In this document: piece by piece, positions 29,022 through 40,400 of the stretch
Layout: each line of letters begins with the position of its first letter
Numbering within the stretch: position 1 is the stretch's first letter
Source of the DNA: Cenarchaeum sp.
Lineage (GTDB): Archaea; Thermoproteota; Nitrososphaeria; Nitrososphaerales; Nitrosopumilaceae
Reading direction: 5' to 3'
NCBI GenBank assembly: GCA_963692915.1
Contig: OY843584.1
Coordinates: forward strand, 1,408,001 to 1,472,000
Length of the DNA stretch: 64,000 nt
Program-made: the position numbers and the translations under genes
Notes under the pieces: generated by a model
Database searches by the model: none
Told to the model about the DNA's origin: nothing
What the model saw: only the letters and a program-made list of their open reading frames with translations

Positions 29022-29142
29022 GGTCGAGGTGGGGGGCGGATCGCTATTTAATCCTTGGCTGGTTCGCCGACCACGCCGTGCGCCGGGATCGCCGCACGGC
29101 GCCCCCAAAAGAGATAAAACGCGCGCCGTGACCGAGCGCACC

Positions 29143-30501
29143 ATGGAACAACTCGCCGATGCGCCGGGGCGCTCAGACCATGAGAACGGTGTTGAGATGG
29201 CACGACTAGGCAACCACAAGGAGGCCGCCGAATGCTTTGCGCGGGCCGTCGAGGCCGACGAATCCAACGCCGAGGCTCACCGCCTATGCGGCACGTCACT
29301 CAACGAGCTGAGGCGCCACGAGGAGGCCATACTCCACTTTGATGCCGCACTCGCCGCAGACGAGACGCTCCTCGTCGCGCTCAACGACAAGGGGTACGCG
29401 CTCTCGCGCCTCAACCGCCACGAGGAGGCCATGGAATGCTATGACAGGGCAATCGAGCTCGGCCTTGACACGCACGCGACCCACGACAACCGCGGCTATT
29501 CGCTCTCAAAGGTCGACCGCCACGAGGATGCCATAAAGTCATTTGAGATCGCAATCGAGCGTGACAGCACGCACGCCGGAACGTACAACAGGCGCGGCTA
29601 CTCGCTCTCCGTTCTGGGCCGCCACGAGGAGGCCATCGAGTCATTTGACATCGCGATCTCCACTGATCCAAACCACGCGGGTTCGCACAGCAACCGCGGC
29701 CATGCGCTATCTCGCCTCAACCGCCACGAGGAGGCCATAGAGGCATTTAATCGCGCGATCGAGATCAGCCCGCGACACTCTGGCACGTTCAACAACCGCG
29801 GCCACGCCCTCGCCGTTCTGGGCCGCCATGCCGAGGCCGTCGACTCGTTTGACCGCGCAATAGCGCTCGGCTCGGCGCATGCCGGCACGCTAAACAACAA
29901 GGGCCACTCGCTCTCAAAGCTCGGACGCTACGAGGAGTCACTAGAGTGCTATGACGACGCAATCGCAAAGCGCCCGCGCCACGCCGGCATACTCAACAAC
30001 CGCGGCTTTACGCTCGCGCGCCTCGGCCGCCACGAGGAGGCCGTCGAATGCTTTGACGCAGCTCTCGCCGCCGGAACGCCGCACCTCGGCACGCTAAACA
30101 ACAAGGGCAGGTCGCTCTCGCGCCTCGGCGACTATGAGGGCGCACTCGCGTGCTTTGATCTCGCCCTAAAGGCATCACCGGACAACTATCACGCCAACAA
30201 CAACAAGGCCCACGTGCTCGCGCGCCTCGGCCGCCACGAGGACGCCATCGTGTCATTTGACGCGGCCATAGAGTCAAACCCGCGTGACCACAGCGCGCAC
30301 AACGGCAAGGGACACTCGCTCTCAAAGCTCGGCCGCCACGAGGAGGCCGCCGAGTGCTACATGCGCGTCATCGAGGTGCGCGATGACGACTATGTCGCGC
30401 ACAGCAGCCTCGCAAGAACGTTCTCCATTCTCGGCAGGGCCGAGGAGGCCTCGCACCACGAGGAGCGGGCCACCGAGCTCGACCCCACGAGGGGCGGCTA
30501 G
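29143..30501 (+). CDS. Tetratricopeptide repeat protein (about 12 repeats)
   Basis: 34-aa periodic NNxG.SL..LGRHEEA...FD.A repeats. Confidence 0.92.
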   Translation: MEQLADAPGRSDHENGVEMARLGNHKEAAECFARAVEADESNAEAHRLCGTSLNELRRHEEAILHFDAALAADETLLVALNDKGYALSRLNRHEEAMECYDRAIELGLDTHATHDNRGYSLSKVDRHEDAIKSFEIAIERDSTHAGTYNRRGYSLSVLGRHEEAIESFDIAISTDPNHAGSHSNRGHALSRLNRHEEAIEAFNRAIEISPRHSGTFNNRGHALAVLGRHAEAVDSFDRAIALGSAHAGTLNNKGHSLSKLGRYEESLECYDDAIAKRPRHAGILNNRGFTLARLGRHEEAVECFDAALAAGTPHLGTLNNKGRSLSRLGDYEGALACFDLALKASPDNYHANNNKAHVLARLGRHEDAIVSFDAAIESNPRDHSAHNGKGHSLSKLGRHEEAAECYMRVIEVRDDDYVAHSSLARTFSILGRAEEASHHEERATELDPTRGG

Positions 30502-30509
30502 GTCACGCG

Positions 30510-31157
30510 ATGCGTCGACGCGCAGTCATTGACCTGACGATGCGCATCTCCTCGCGCCTTCCGGCCTTTCCGGGCTCGCCGCCGGTCCACGTGATACAGT
30601 GGGCCTCACCAGACACTGACGGGTACTCACTCGAGCTAGTCGCGATGAGCACGCACACGGGCACGCACATTGATGCGCCATACCACTTTGATGCCCATGG
30701 GGCCAGGGTTGATGACATTGCGCCCTCGCGCCTAGTCGGGCCGGCCCGCCTCATGCGCGCGCCAAAGCGGCGGGGTCGGTGCGTCAGTGCTGCCGAGATC
30801 GAGTCATTTGAGCAGGCACACGGAAGGCTCGAGCGCGCCTCGCGCCTCGTCATCGAGACGCAATGGAGCTCGCATCCCGGCCCGCGATACTTTGAGCGCA
30901 GTCCGGGCCTGGACGCCGATGCCGCACGCCTCCTTGCGCGCCGCCGCGTCGGCATGGTCGGAATCGACTCGCCTAGCATCGATGCGGGCGATTCAGAGTC
31001 GTTTCTTGCTCACAAGAGCCTTGCGCGCGCCGGCGCAGTCATAGTCGAGAACCTCTGTAACCTGCACCGCATCAGCGAGCCCGCATTTGAGATCGCGGTC
31101 CTGCCCCTCCTCCTTGCGCGCGCTTCAGGCGCACCTGCGCGCGCAGTCGCGCTCTAG
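30510..31157 (+). CDS. Cyclase / kynurenine formamidase family metal hydrolase
   Basis: HTGTHIDAPYH, GIDSPSID, IVENL, GAPARAVA. Confidence 0.9.
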   Translation: MRRRAVIDLTMRISSRLPAFPGSPPVHVIQWASPDTDGYSLELVAMSTHTGTHIDAPYHFDAHGARVDDIAPSRLVGPARLMRAPKRRGRCVSAAEIESFEQAHGRLERASRLVIETQWSSHPGPRYFERSPGLDADAARLLARRRVGMVGIDSPSIDAGDSESFLAHKSLARAGAVIVENLCNLHRISEPAFEIAVLPLLLARASGAPARAVAL

Positions 31158-32209
31158 CGCAGGACCCTGAGTCGAGTCGGCGCATACGACGACGCCGGCG
31201 TACCATGTATGGGAATGGCCTCTCCGCACGAGCACGTGTTGCCCTCGCCGAGGCGCCACTCCTCTATCGAGAACGCGCCCCTCCTGACTGCGATCTCGCC
31301 GCACGACGCGCAGTACGTGTGCTCTAGGGCGTGACCGCCCACGTTGCCGACATACGCGTAGCGCAGGCCGACGTCTACAGCTATGGCGTGGTGCGCCTCT
31401 AGCGTGGCCACCGGCGTCGGCGGAACGTCGCGCATCTTGTAGTCTGGATGAAACGCCAAAAAGTGGATAGGCGTGTCAGCCCCGAGCTCGTCGTGGACAA
31501 ACTCGCAGAGGCGCCTGCAGTGCCCTGCGTCATCGCCGATGCCGGGCACCACCAGGTCAGTAATCTCGATATGGATGCCCGTCGTGTCCCTTATGCGCAG
31601 CAGCGTCTCAAAGATCGGCGCGGGGTCTGGCACGCCGATGTGTTTTCTCATGAACTCTGGCTCTGCGTTCCCCTTGAAGTCCACGGTGATGCAGTCGAGG
31701 AACTCGCGCATCATGGCGACTGACTGTGGCGTGTCATACCCGTTGGAGACGAACGCGTTGTAGAGGCCGCGCCTGTGGGCCTCGATGCCGCAGTCGCGCG
31801 CAAACTCGATGAATATTGACGGCTCGTTGTACGTGTATGCAATCCCGTCAGCGCCGGCGGCGAGTGCGGCATCGGCGACCTCTGATGGGGACATGTGGAT
31901 GCCCTCAACCTTTCGCCTCTGGCTAATGTCGTGGTTTTGGCAGTACGAGCACAGCCAGTTGCACCCCGCCGTCGCTATCGAGTAGACGCGCGAGCCGGGA
32001 CGATAGTGCGTCACGGGCTTTTTCTCGATTGGGTCGACGTGGCCTGCCATGACGCGGCCGTACACGTGCAAGTCGAGCTCGCCGCCGACGTTTCCGCGCA
32101 CGCCGCACAGGCCGTCCTGCCCGTCGCCAAGCTCACAGTACCTTGCGCACGCCGTGCACCTGACGCGCTGGCCTTCGAGCCGGTCATAGAGAAGACCCTC
32201 GCCGCGCAT
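31154..32209 (-). CDS. AmmeMemoRadiSam system radical SAM enzyme
   Basis: CTACARYC, DPIEKKP, GCNWLCSYCQN, YTYNEP, YAYVGN. Confidence 0.9.
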   Translation of the reverse strand: MRGEGLLYDRLEGQRVRCTACARYCELGDGQDGLCGVRGNVGGELDLHVYGRVMAGHVDPIEKKPVTHYRPGSRVYSIATAGCNWLCSYCQNHDISQRRKVEGIHMSPSEVADAALAAGADGIAYTYNEPSIFIEFARDCGIEAHRRGLYNAFVSNGYDTPQSVAMMREFLDCITVDFKGNAEPEFMRKHIGVPDPAPIFETLLRIRDTTGIHIEITDLVVPGIGDDAGHCRRLCEFVHDELGADTPIHFLAFHPDYKMRDVPPTPVATLEAHHAIAVDVGLRYAYVGNVGGHALEHTYCASCGEIAVRRGAFSIEEWRLGEGNTCSCGEAIPIHGTPASSYAPTRLRVLR

Positions 32210-32332
32210 GGAGCGCGTGTGCGCACCGCCCACTAATATTTGGGAGCTGTGTGCGTGGGTACGAGGTCAACCGGGTGATCTGCAAGAGGGCACGTGGATC
32301 ACAGGCGAGTTGAAGACTCTAACTCGCGCCTT

Positions 32333-34855
32333 TTACTCTGTTGGCGGTTCGCGCTGTGGTGGTGGTGGAGGAGGCGGCGGCGGAGGCAACACCCACGCGT
32401 CTGACGTCTGCCCTGCCCCAGTCTCCGCATACACGGGATGCCGAACGTCGGCAAATCTGATGATGGAAGGCTCTTTGTCCGTTGCGCCCTCGTCCCCCAC
32501 ATACGTCAGCGTGATCGTCCTGCCATCTACACGCACGTCAGTAACGTTCCAGCCGTCTGAGAGCCTGTAAAACCCGGCATATTCTATATACGGATCCAGC
32601 TCTGTGTCATACGTCAACGTAATCGTATCTGGATCCACGTGGTCAGTTGAAACAAGCGCTGGCTCAACGAGCCTTATCTCAATGTGTGGCACGGAGGACG
32701 GGCTTGCCTGACTGGGGATGCTTGGCGGTGGTGTGGGGCTACTTAGATCCACCGCATGAATCAGGCGAACAACACGTTCATTATACATAAGATACTCTTC
32801 AGTCATAAACTTGGTGTCCTCAATGTGACGTATTGTGTATATCGGATACGTGTATAGGCTTGATCCCGCGGTCTCAGTCCTTGGAATGGAAACTAGGCCT
32901 AGGTACGTGTTGTTTGGCGCGTTGGTCTCTGCATCAATTGCGACATTGTATACCGCAAACTCCATGCGTGCCGCAGAGTGCCTGGGGACATAGAGCTTTC
33001 CATCTGCATACTCAAACGGATTTCCATACGTGTCACAGCACCTCGGCTCGGCTATTATGGTGGTCTTTTTTGTTTCCGTGTCATAGTGCCGTATTGTTCC
33101 AGTCAGATTCTTGGAGTCATCACGCACAGTGTGCTCTATGAACAAACTGCGACCATCATCAGACACCACAACACGAGGCCATATCCACCATGATCCCGTG
33201 TTTGGCAGCGTTACTGTATCAAGCTTGTTTCCGCTAGTGCCGTCGTACACGTAGATGTTTTTGTGGGTTCCCTCGGGGAAGGGAGCAACGTATATGCGCT
33301 CTGCCGTTCCGTGCTCTGACGTCTCTATGCTGTCAGGCAGTATATACAGCGAGTCAAGATCGCTTATAGTGTGCATGGGACTGCTCCAGCTAGTTGCGTT
33401 GTATGTGCTTACGCGGTCATTCTGATACACCACAAGCTTGTCTCCCAGCGAGTCTAGTATGACTCCTCGCCGGTGCGCGGTGCTTGGGAGCTGTAGGGAG
33501 CCTAGCGTACTAGGCGCCGTGTCCTCATGATCATCGTACACATGAACCGTCTTTTTGTTGTCGCCTACCACAAACCTCTTGTCCGTGGGACTTTCGTCCA
33601 TCGCGGCGACTGATATGCCATACCATTGATGGCTGTTTACAATTCTTCGAACCAGCGACCCGTCAGTGGAATTTAGCACAAACACCTCCGAGTCATACCA
33701 GCCGGGCACAACGAGCAGGTCGTCTGGCAGGACAGCCACGTCAGCGACGCCCACGACGCCGACATACTGGACGTCAGCAAACGTCCATAGTATGCGGTTG
33801 GATGTTGGCGTCTCAGTAGCTCCTACAGTAACCGTCTGAGTGGCCGACGCAGAGTTGCTAGAGCTATCCGTGGCAGTCCATGTCACGGTTGTAGTTCCCA
33901 CGGGAAACTGATCAGGCGCGTTGTCCGTGACCTCTAGCGTTGGATCGCCCCAGTCAAAGACTATTGGATTGCCCAGGTGCGCCGTTGATGCCGCCGCAGA
34001 AGTTGAGGATTTTATGGACACGTCCTGCGGCGCGAATATGCTCGGCGCCGTGGTGTCTTGCATAACGACGCTCTGCCGTATGCTGGCAGAATTTCCAAGA
34101 TTGTCAGTGGCCGTCCACGTGACCGTGCGCCGGTCGCCGACTGCCATGTACCTCACATTGGGGGTTATCGTAACCTCCGTGTCGGCGTTGTCGGTTGCAG
34201 TTACGGAAAAGTTCTTGGCAATAAGCTTGGTGTATGGGCCGCGCGCCTCTGCGGTAAAGCTTGTGGGAACAGTAGAGTCAAACACGGGCGCCACCTTGTC
34301 GGTGATTTCTATGGAAAATGTCCTGCTTACGGAATTACCCCGCGCGTCCGTGGCCGTGCACGCAAAGTTCTTTGGGGGAGCGGCCGGAAGAGTTGCGGGC
34401 ACATTACAGGACACGGTCACCGGAGGGCTGACAGAATCGGTCCCAGACGCGCTGCCGTACTCTGTGCTAGAGACGGGCGTCTGCGGCCCCGCTGCGGCCT
34501 TTGTGAACGAGCTAGGAACCGTCAGCGTAGGCGCACTAGTGTCATTTACCAGCACCACGCGCGTCGTTGCCGACCAGTTGCCACCGCTGTCCGTCGCGTT
34601 TACCACAATCTTGTGCAGCCCTATCCCAAGCGTTGCCGGAATCGCCTCAGTCGACGTTACGCTCGTGCCCGCGTCAGTGGCAGTCGATGGCGTGCACTTT
34701 GATGCAGTGGGCGTGTTTGCGCCAGCCGCCTCTATAAAGCACCACGCCGCCGTTATGGTGGGAGGAGTTGTGTCAGCCGGAACTGCGGATGTGTCATGTG
34801 TGCTAGTACCAACCATAACTACCGCCAAAATAACGGCCATTACGAGTGTCGGCAT
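32333..34855 (-). CDS. Exported surface protein: HYR-like repeats + beta-propeller + C-terminal SwmB-like Ig domain
   Basis: Signal peptide, repeated DTTAP...VTWTATD units, Pro-rich linkers; start ATG 34855 inferred. Confidence 0.8.
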   Translation of the reverse strand: MPTLVMAVILAVVMVGTSTHDTSAVPADTTPPTITAAWCFIEAAGANTPTASKCTPSTATDAGTSVTSTEAIPATLGIGLHKIVVNATDSGGNWSATTRVVLVNDTSAPTLTVPSSFTKAAAGPQTPVSSTEYGSASGTDSVSPPVTVSCNVPATLPAAPPKNFACTATDARGNSVSRTFSIEITDKVAPVFDSTVPTSFTAEARGPYTKLIAKNFSVTATDNADTEVTITPNVRYMAVGDRRTVTWTATDNLGNSASIRQSVVMQDTTAPSIFAPQDVSIKSSTSAAASTAHLGNPIVFDWGDPTLEVTDNAPDQFPVGTTTVTWTATDSSSNSASATQTVTVGATETPTSNRILWTFADVQYVGVVGVADVAVLPDDLLVVPGWYDSEVFVLNSTDGSLVRRIVNSHQWYGISVAAMDESPTDKRFVVGDNKKTVHVYDDHEDTAPSTLGSLQLPSTAHRRGVILDSLGDKLVVYQNDRVSTYNATSWSSPMHTISDLDSLYILPDSIETSEHGTAERIYVAPFPEGTHKNIYVYDGTSGNKLDTVTLPNTGSWWIWPRVVVSDDGRSLFIEHTVRDDSKNLTGTIRHYDTETKKTTIIAEPRCCDTYGNPFEYADGKLYVPRHSAARMEFAVYNVAIDAETNAPNNTYLGLVSIPRTETAGSSLYTYPIYTIRHIEDTKFMTEEYLMYNERVVRLIHAVDLSSPTPPPSIPSQASPSSVPHIEIRLVEPALVSTDHVDPDTITLTYDTELDPYIEYAGFYRLSDGWNVTDVRVDGRTITLTYVGDEGATDKEPSIIRFADVRHPVYAETGAGQTSDAWVLPPPPPPPPPPQREPPTE

Positions 34856-34955
34856 GAGCAGTTTGGCACGGGTGGCAGTATTGAATGGCCACGCGGTTTT
34901 TGGTGGGGCGGGGTTATGTGGGCAATCCCCGTCAGTGTGACTTAGCGGCATGCGT

Positions 34956-37367
34956 CTAATAATACCCAATGTCCCCAATCAGCTCCACGCCGGGCGTGGC
35001 GTTCGGCGTGCCAGAGCTCGGGCTGCCCGCGTAAGTGAGCGTAATGACAGAGCCGTTCACATCAGCGCTCACCACCTCAAGGCCGACATCGACCATGACA
35101 AAGTCGCTAATGTCAACTACAAACGGCTCGATGGTCACACCATAGGTCAGCTTTATCTTGTCGGGTGAGACATATTGCGTCGAGGTCAGCGCCGGCTCGA
35201 CTCTGATCTTGGGCACTATGGGGGTCGTCACAGGCGCTGCGCTTGCGGCATTGCTACTGCCGCTGTCATCAATAGGAATCGAGGGAGCCTGACTTGTGCC
35301 GGGGGGTGACGAGGGGGCTGGAGACGGAGGCTGGGGGTGCGGCGGCGTTGGGTCGAGTCCTCGTAGGTCTAGTATGTGAACACGCGTCATCTCCTCGGAC
35401 GTTGTGGGGTTTTCAAGATACTCCGAAACGGCAACTCTGCCTTCTGGCAACGACTCGACGGCAAAACCAAAGTGGGTCACCTCATATCCGGTCGGAGGAG
35501 CCGCCTTGTTTACAAACGAGTCTCGATGCGCGAGTTTTGTGGGATCAAAGGCCGTTAACGTGCCGCCGCCACGAACCCAAACATTCCCGGCGTAGAGCAG
35601 CCTGCCATCAAGGTCAAACGCCGTGCCAAATCCCGCGTTACAGCACGCAGGTGAGCTGACCGAGCTCGATGCGGCACCTGTGGCCGCATAGCGGTGAATC
35701 TTGCCGGCTGTGCCCGGAGTTGTGCTGGGTCTTGGCTCTCCCACGTACAGGTGTCCATCACCACCCACCCGCACCTGTTCCTCCCCAAAGAGAGTTCGTG
35801 TGGTCGAGCCGCTAAGCAGCTTTGTTGGGGTGGGAACCGCAGAGTCGCTGGTGGTTGCAGTCACGTCATACTTGTAGACGACTCCCTTGGTCGTTCCGTC
35901 CGCACGCGAGCTGACATATGCAGTCTCCGTCGTTCCGTCATCGTGAGCCGCGACCCTCACACCAAACTGATCCCTGGCGGCCGGGGTTGGATTTGGTATC
36001 TCGTACAGCTTTGTGCCCGAGGAGTCAAACACGTATGCCTTGCCCAGGGCGATCTTTGTGCCCTCCTTGTACATTGGAGCCCCTATGACAAGCTTGTCGC
36101 CCATGGCCGCTAGCGACGCCCCGAACTGATCCTTGCCCACAACGGTGACCATAGAGTCTCCGCTAGTAGTCGTCATCGTGTTGGGGTTCGTTATCGTGTG
36201 CCGCAGGGCTCGCGTGGCTGCATCGTATACAAAGACCGCGCCCTCGTTGACGTTGTATCCCTTGGCGCCGACTGCAAGGAGGTTGTTTGAGGAACCAAAC
36301 ACCGCCAATGACGTGCCAAAGTACTGGTTCGCCGCTGTTCCGTGGTATATGGTGGGAACCGCCGTGATGATCGACTTGGTGTTATATACCCTGACTGCTC
36401 CCGAGTTCGCCGCTCTCGTTGAGTCATGCTCGTCACCGACAAAGAGGAGCGGCCCATATGATGCGAGGCTAGAACCAAACCGGGTTCCCGTAACTCCGGC
36501 ATCGGGGAGTATCTCCTCCCTTGATGCGGGTAACACATACACCGACTGTATGCACGTACCGTCGTTGCCGTTGGAGTCTTCCGCAGTCCACACGACTGAC
36601 GTCACCCCAACAGGAAATTTGCCGTTGGTGGCCGCGGTGGCAGAGTTGTTGGTGGCAGTAGTTATGGAACCGTCAACAACATCGTGGACGGTGGGTTTCC
36701 CGAGAGGAACAGATGTGACAGTCACCGGCTCTGCGCTCTTTATTCGCACGTCTGACGGACATGTGAGTGTGGGCCCCGTCATGTCTGTCAGTGTAACCTT
36801 TTGGGTGGCTAGTGAAGAAAGACTCGCCCCATCCGTGGCATTCCAGACGATCGTGCATATGCTTGACTCTGTGTATGACTTGGTTTTGACCGGCGGCCAA
36901 CAAGAGGAATCGTACTCGACAGTTATCTCTTCACCAACAGACACGTTGTCAACGACCGTTATCGTAAATGGTGTGGATGGAGACAATTCATCTACTAGGT
37001 GCGGGGTCACATCAACGGTCATATGTTCAAGAGGCGGCAAGATCGGAGCCGTCAGATCACGGACAATGAGTGTCTGCGTTTTTGAGACTGGGCGGCCTGA
37101 GGCGTCCTTGCCAGTCCATACCAGCTTGTGCGTTCCAACCTCAAATGATTCTGGAAGCGGTTGCGCAGAGTCAAGTGTGACACCTACAGTAGTTACTTTG
37201 CTGCTACAATGCGCCCTGGTGACCTTTGTGGTTGCCCCCTCGGCGTTCTTTATGCACGCCTCGGTCATAATCTCTGGGGTGGTCGTTGTCATGGCAGACG
37301 CGTGAGTATGAACCGCAACGCCAACGAGGGCCGCAACGAGGCCAAGGGACACCATCATAACCGCCAT
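34956..37367 (-). CDS. Exported surface protein: HYR-like repeats + FG-GAP beta-propeller + C-terminal SwmB-like domain
   Basis: FGSSLA/FGTSLA/FGASLA, VGAKGY, IGAP, GAVFVY repeats; VVWTAED; start ATG 37367 inferred. Confidence 0.82.
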   Translation of the reverse strand: MAVMMVSLGLVAALVGVAVHTHASAMTTTTPEIMTEACIKNAEGATTKVTRAHCSSKVTTVGVTLDSAQPLPESFEVGTHKLVWTGKDASGRPVSKTQTLIVRDLTAPILPPLEHMTVDVTPHLVDELSPSTPFTITVVDNVSVGEEITVEYDSSCWPPVKTKSYTESSICTIVWNATDGASLSSLATQKVTLTDMTGPTLTCPSDVRIKSAEPVTVTSVPLGKPTVHDVVDGSITTATNNSATAATNGKFPVGVTSVVWTAEDSNGNDGTCIQSVYVLPASREEILPDAGVTGTRFGSSLASYGPLLFVGDEHDSTRAANSGAVRVYNTKSIITAVPTIYHGTAANQYFGTSLAVFGSSNNLLAVGAKGYNVNEGAVFVYDAATRALRHTITNPNTMTTTSGDSMVTVVGKDQFGASLAAMGDKLVIGAPMYKEGTKIALGKAYVFDSSGTKLYEIPNPTPAARDQFGVRVAAHDDGTTETAYVSSRADGTTKGVVYKYDVTATTSDSAVPTPTKLLSGSTTRTLFGEEQVRVGGDGHLYVGEPRPSTTPGTAGKIHRYAATGAASSSVSSPACCNAGFGTAFDLDGRLLYAGNVWVRGGGTLTAFDPTKLAHRDSFVNKAAPPTGYEVTHFGFAVESLPEGRVAVSEYLENPTTSEEMTRVHILDLRGLDPTPPHPQPPSPAPSSPPGTSQAPSIPIDDSGSSNAASAAPVTTPIVPKIRVEPALTSTQYVSPDKIKLTYGVTIEPFVVDISDFVMVDVGLEVVSADVNGSVITLTYAGSPSSGTPNATPGVELIGDIGYY

Positions 37368-37482
37368 GCTATGCCGCCCGCTCTTCAACGAGGGGGCGCC
37401 CAACGTAGTTATTATTAACACTACTGCCCATTTTTGCCTGTGCACGAAGCGCATTTTAAATATTTTTAAATAAGATTACCCT

Positions 37483-40400
37483 GTGACGCCCACCATGAAA
37501 AATGTGCTGCTGGTCATAGCGGCCGCCTCGCTTGCGCTAGTGCCGCTACTCTCCCCACTTATCCACGCAACCCCCCCCGCGGTTCCATGCGACTATGAGT
37601 GCATGTGGCCCATAGGCCTGTATGATATCCCGGACTCCGCAAAGGTCGGAACTCCGATCACGGTGTCATATACATATGCGTGGGAGGGGATCTTGAACGG
37701 CATAGCTGTCAACACGGACACGTGGGATCTCCCCCCGGGATATCACCCATGGCCAGAAGAGTGGGGAGAGCCGACACGGCCTCTCCAGTACATTGGCAGC
37801 ACGGCTACCATGGTGCTCCCGGACGGGATCGACGTGGTTGATTGGGAGACGCGTGGGTTTGAAAGGTCAAAGCTGTGGACTGATCAGTATGGACGCACAA
37901 CGTACATGTACACGAGAATCAACGCATATGCGCCTGGAACCACCAATTCCAGTATCGAGCTTGTGGTTAGGACAGATGCCAAGATCTACCCAAACGACGA
38001 TGTGATCATCGATCTTGGGGTGCGTAGAGAAAAATGGGCTGATCCCACAGTGTTTGTGAATCATAGTGGTGGTGCGCTGACATTCTCAGCAGACGAAGCC
38101 GCGATTGCTGCAGGAGCCTCTGAATCGTTCCAGCAACGAGACATCCACCGCCTCCCAGATTCGTCCTTTGATCCATTGGAAGACGAGGAGCTCTCTGGCG
38201 AGGCCAAACGCGCAATAGTGGAATTTCTGCTAGATCAGGCCGATGCCGGAGCTGTTGTGGGGGAGTCTGGCGTTCCTGATTTTGCAAGGGCGCAGGTTGC
38301 AGAACACGCTAAAGGGTCCGGCGTGGGAGGACAGGCCGACGGGGAACAATTCACATACGCGTACGGCTACTTTAGGGCGCAGGATCGGGGTCAGGGCGCC
38401 GGAGTTGAGGCAGCCAAACTCTCTGCGGCCACTGACGTCAAGGTGTGCATTTATGATCAGGCCGCCGACAGGTCAATATCTCTGCTCTTGCACAACGGGG
38501 AGCCGGCATGCTCCCGCGTGGACTCTGACGGTTTCTATGGGATTGCCGTTCCCCGCAGTGATCCTGACGACGACGACACGGGGATCGACATTGTGCCCGT
38601 ATTTTCACTAGATCATGGAAAAGTGCGTGCTCTGACTCCTCGAGGAACCACAATGTCGGTAAGCGGGCTGGTAACCGAGAATGTGAATGGCGCTGTGGTC
38701 TCCCTTGGTGAGCACAGCGTTAGAACTCCACTGGGAGACACAAGACAGTTTGCAGTAATGCGCTGGATGTATGATGATGTGCTGGAGGCCTACGGATACT
38801 TTAAGGACACGTTTGGCTATGACGCGCCACCAGTAACTTTACAAAGGGGATCTTCTGCGTTTTATGTTCTTAGTAACAGTCAAATCACCTTACAAACCGG
38901 ACTTCCTAGACCACATGCGGTCGCCACACAAACCATCGTCTTGCACGAATATGGTCATCACATTATGAACCACGTTTACGATAATGGGATCCCCTCCACC
39001 CCACTTTGTAGTCCGCACACCCCCAGATTAGCATCAAGTCCATCATGCGCATGGTCTGAGGGCTGGGCCAGCTTCGTCGCGGCGTTAGTAGAGGATTCTC
39101 CCCGGTACAATATCTCCTTTGGGGCAGACGACAACCACTTTAACTGGGAAACCCAAGAGAGGCATTCCCGTACGAACATCGAACCACCCACAGGATCACT
39201 GTTTATCGGGAATTACTACAGGGGACAGGACGGGGAAGGGAGCGTGACGGCCATCTTGTGGGACATCTATGATGACGGGAACGAGCGAGGTGACAACATA
39301 GCTGGCGGCGCCCAAGACATCTGGACAGCATTTGCGGATGACCGGGACGCGGGCGAGGCGTTTGAGGCTGTGAATATACATGACTTTTACGACGACTGGA
39401 TTGAAAATGGAGGACAGAATTTAGATAGTGTGTTTACCATAAACGGCGTAGATCCGACTGGCACGTACTCGCCACCGTCATTGACCCTCTCTGTGGAGCG
39501 CAGTGGGTCAATGCGGACAGGTGACAATTCGAGATATGCCAAGGTCGGCGACACAGTAATCGCGACTCTTGATCTTGGGGGTTCCGTCACTATGGGCACA
39601 ACTCCCACGGCGTCTGTCCTGGGCGGCGCGCGGGAAAACATGGTACCTGGCACCGGGGCAGCGCGGAGCACGTGGACTACACGCGGAACTGTTGGCGATG
39701 ACGCGCATAATGGATCTTCGCCCGTTACTATTCTCGCCACGGCTCCCGGCATTGCCTTGGCCTCTACCAACGCCGTCAGTCATGACGATGAATCAGACAC
39801 TGTGAGTCTTGCGCTTGCTCGTGTGCCTACAAGTGGGACGTACGAGATAACGGCGCGCGGAACCATCGCAGATTCGGAGGGCACTAGCATCGGTTCTGAC
39901 ACATTACGCAGGTTTGAGTGGAACGCAGCAAATCCCCGTATTGAAAGAACTGCCATATCGCCTGACGGGCAAGAGATAACATTTTCATTTAGTGAGGGAC
40001 TTGATGCAGAAACAGTCTTTCCCCGCAGCTTTCGTGCTTTTGACAGGTTTGATGCGGTTGACATTGTACATCCCGACGGGTCAGACACAGTAAAGATTCA
40101 ACTCTCCGAGCCACTGATCGACGGTTTGTATATTATAGACCCCCTTACATCCATAGCTGACACACAAGGACACAGAATTGATGGTGGGTCGGCCGAGCGG
40201 ATATTATGGGATCCACAAGCGCCCACATTCGAACACGTCACCATATCCCCAGACGGCAGAACTGTTACAATTACAATGAGTAAACAGATTACACTAACAA
40301 TTAACAATATAATTCGTGATTCTGACTTGCCAAGCCATAGAAAGTCACCCCCCTTTTCGACGGGAACAACACACACCATATCGCTGGCTTCCCCCCCGGC

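Noticed and set aside
29143-30501. Recurring DNA motif gccgccacgaggaggcc
   Set aside because: Explained by the 34-aa TPR periodicity
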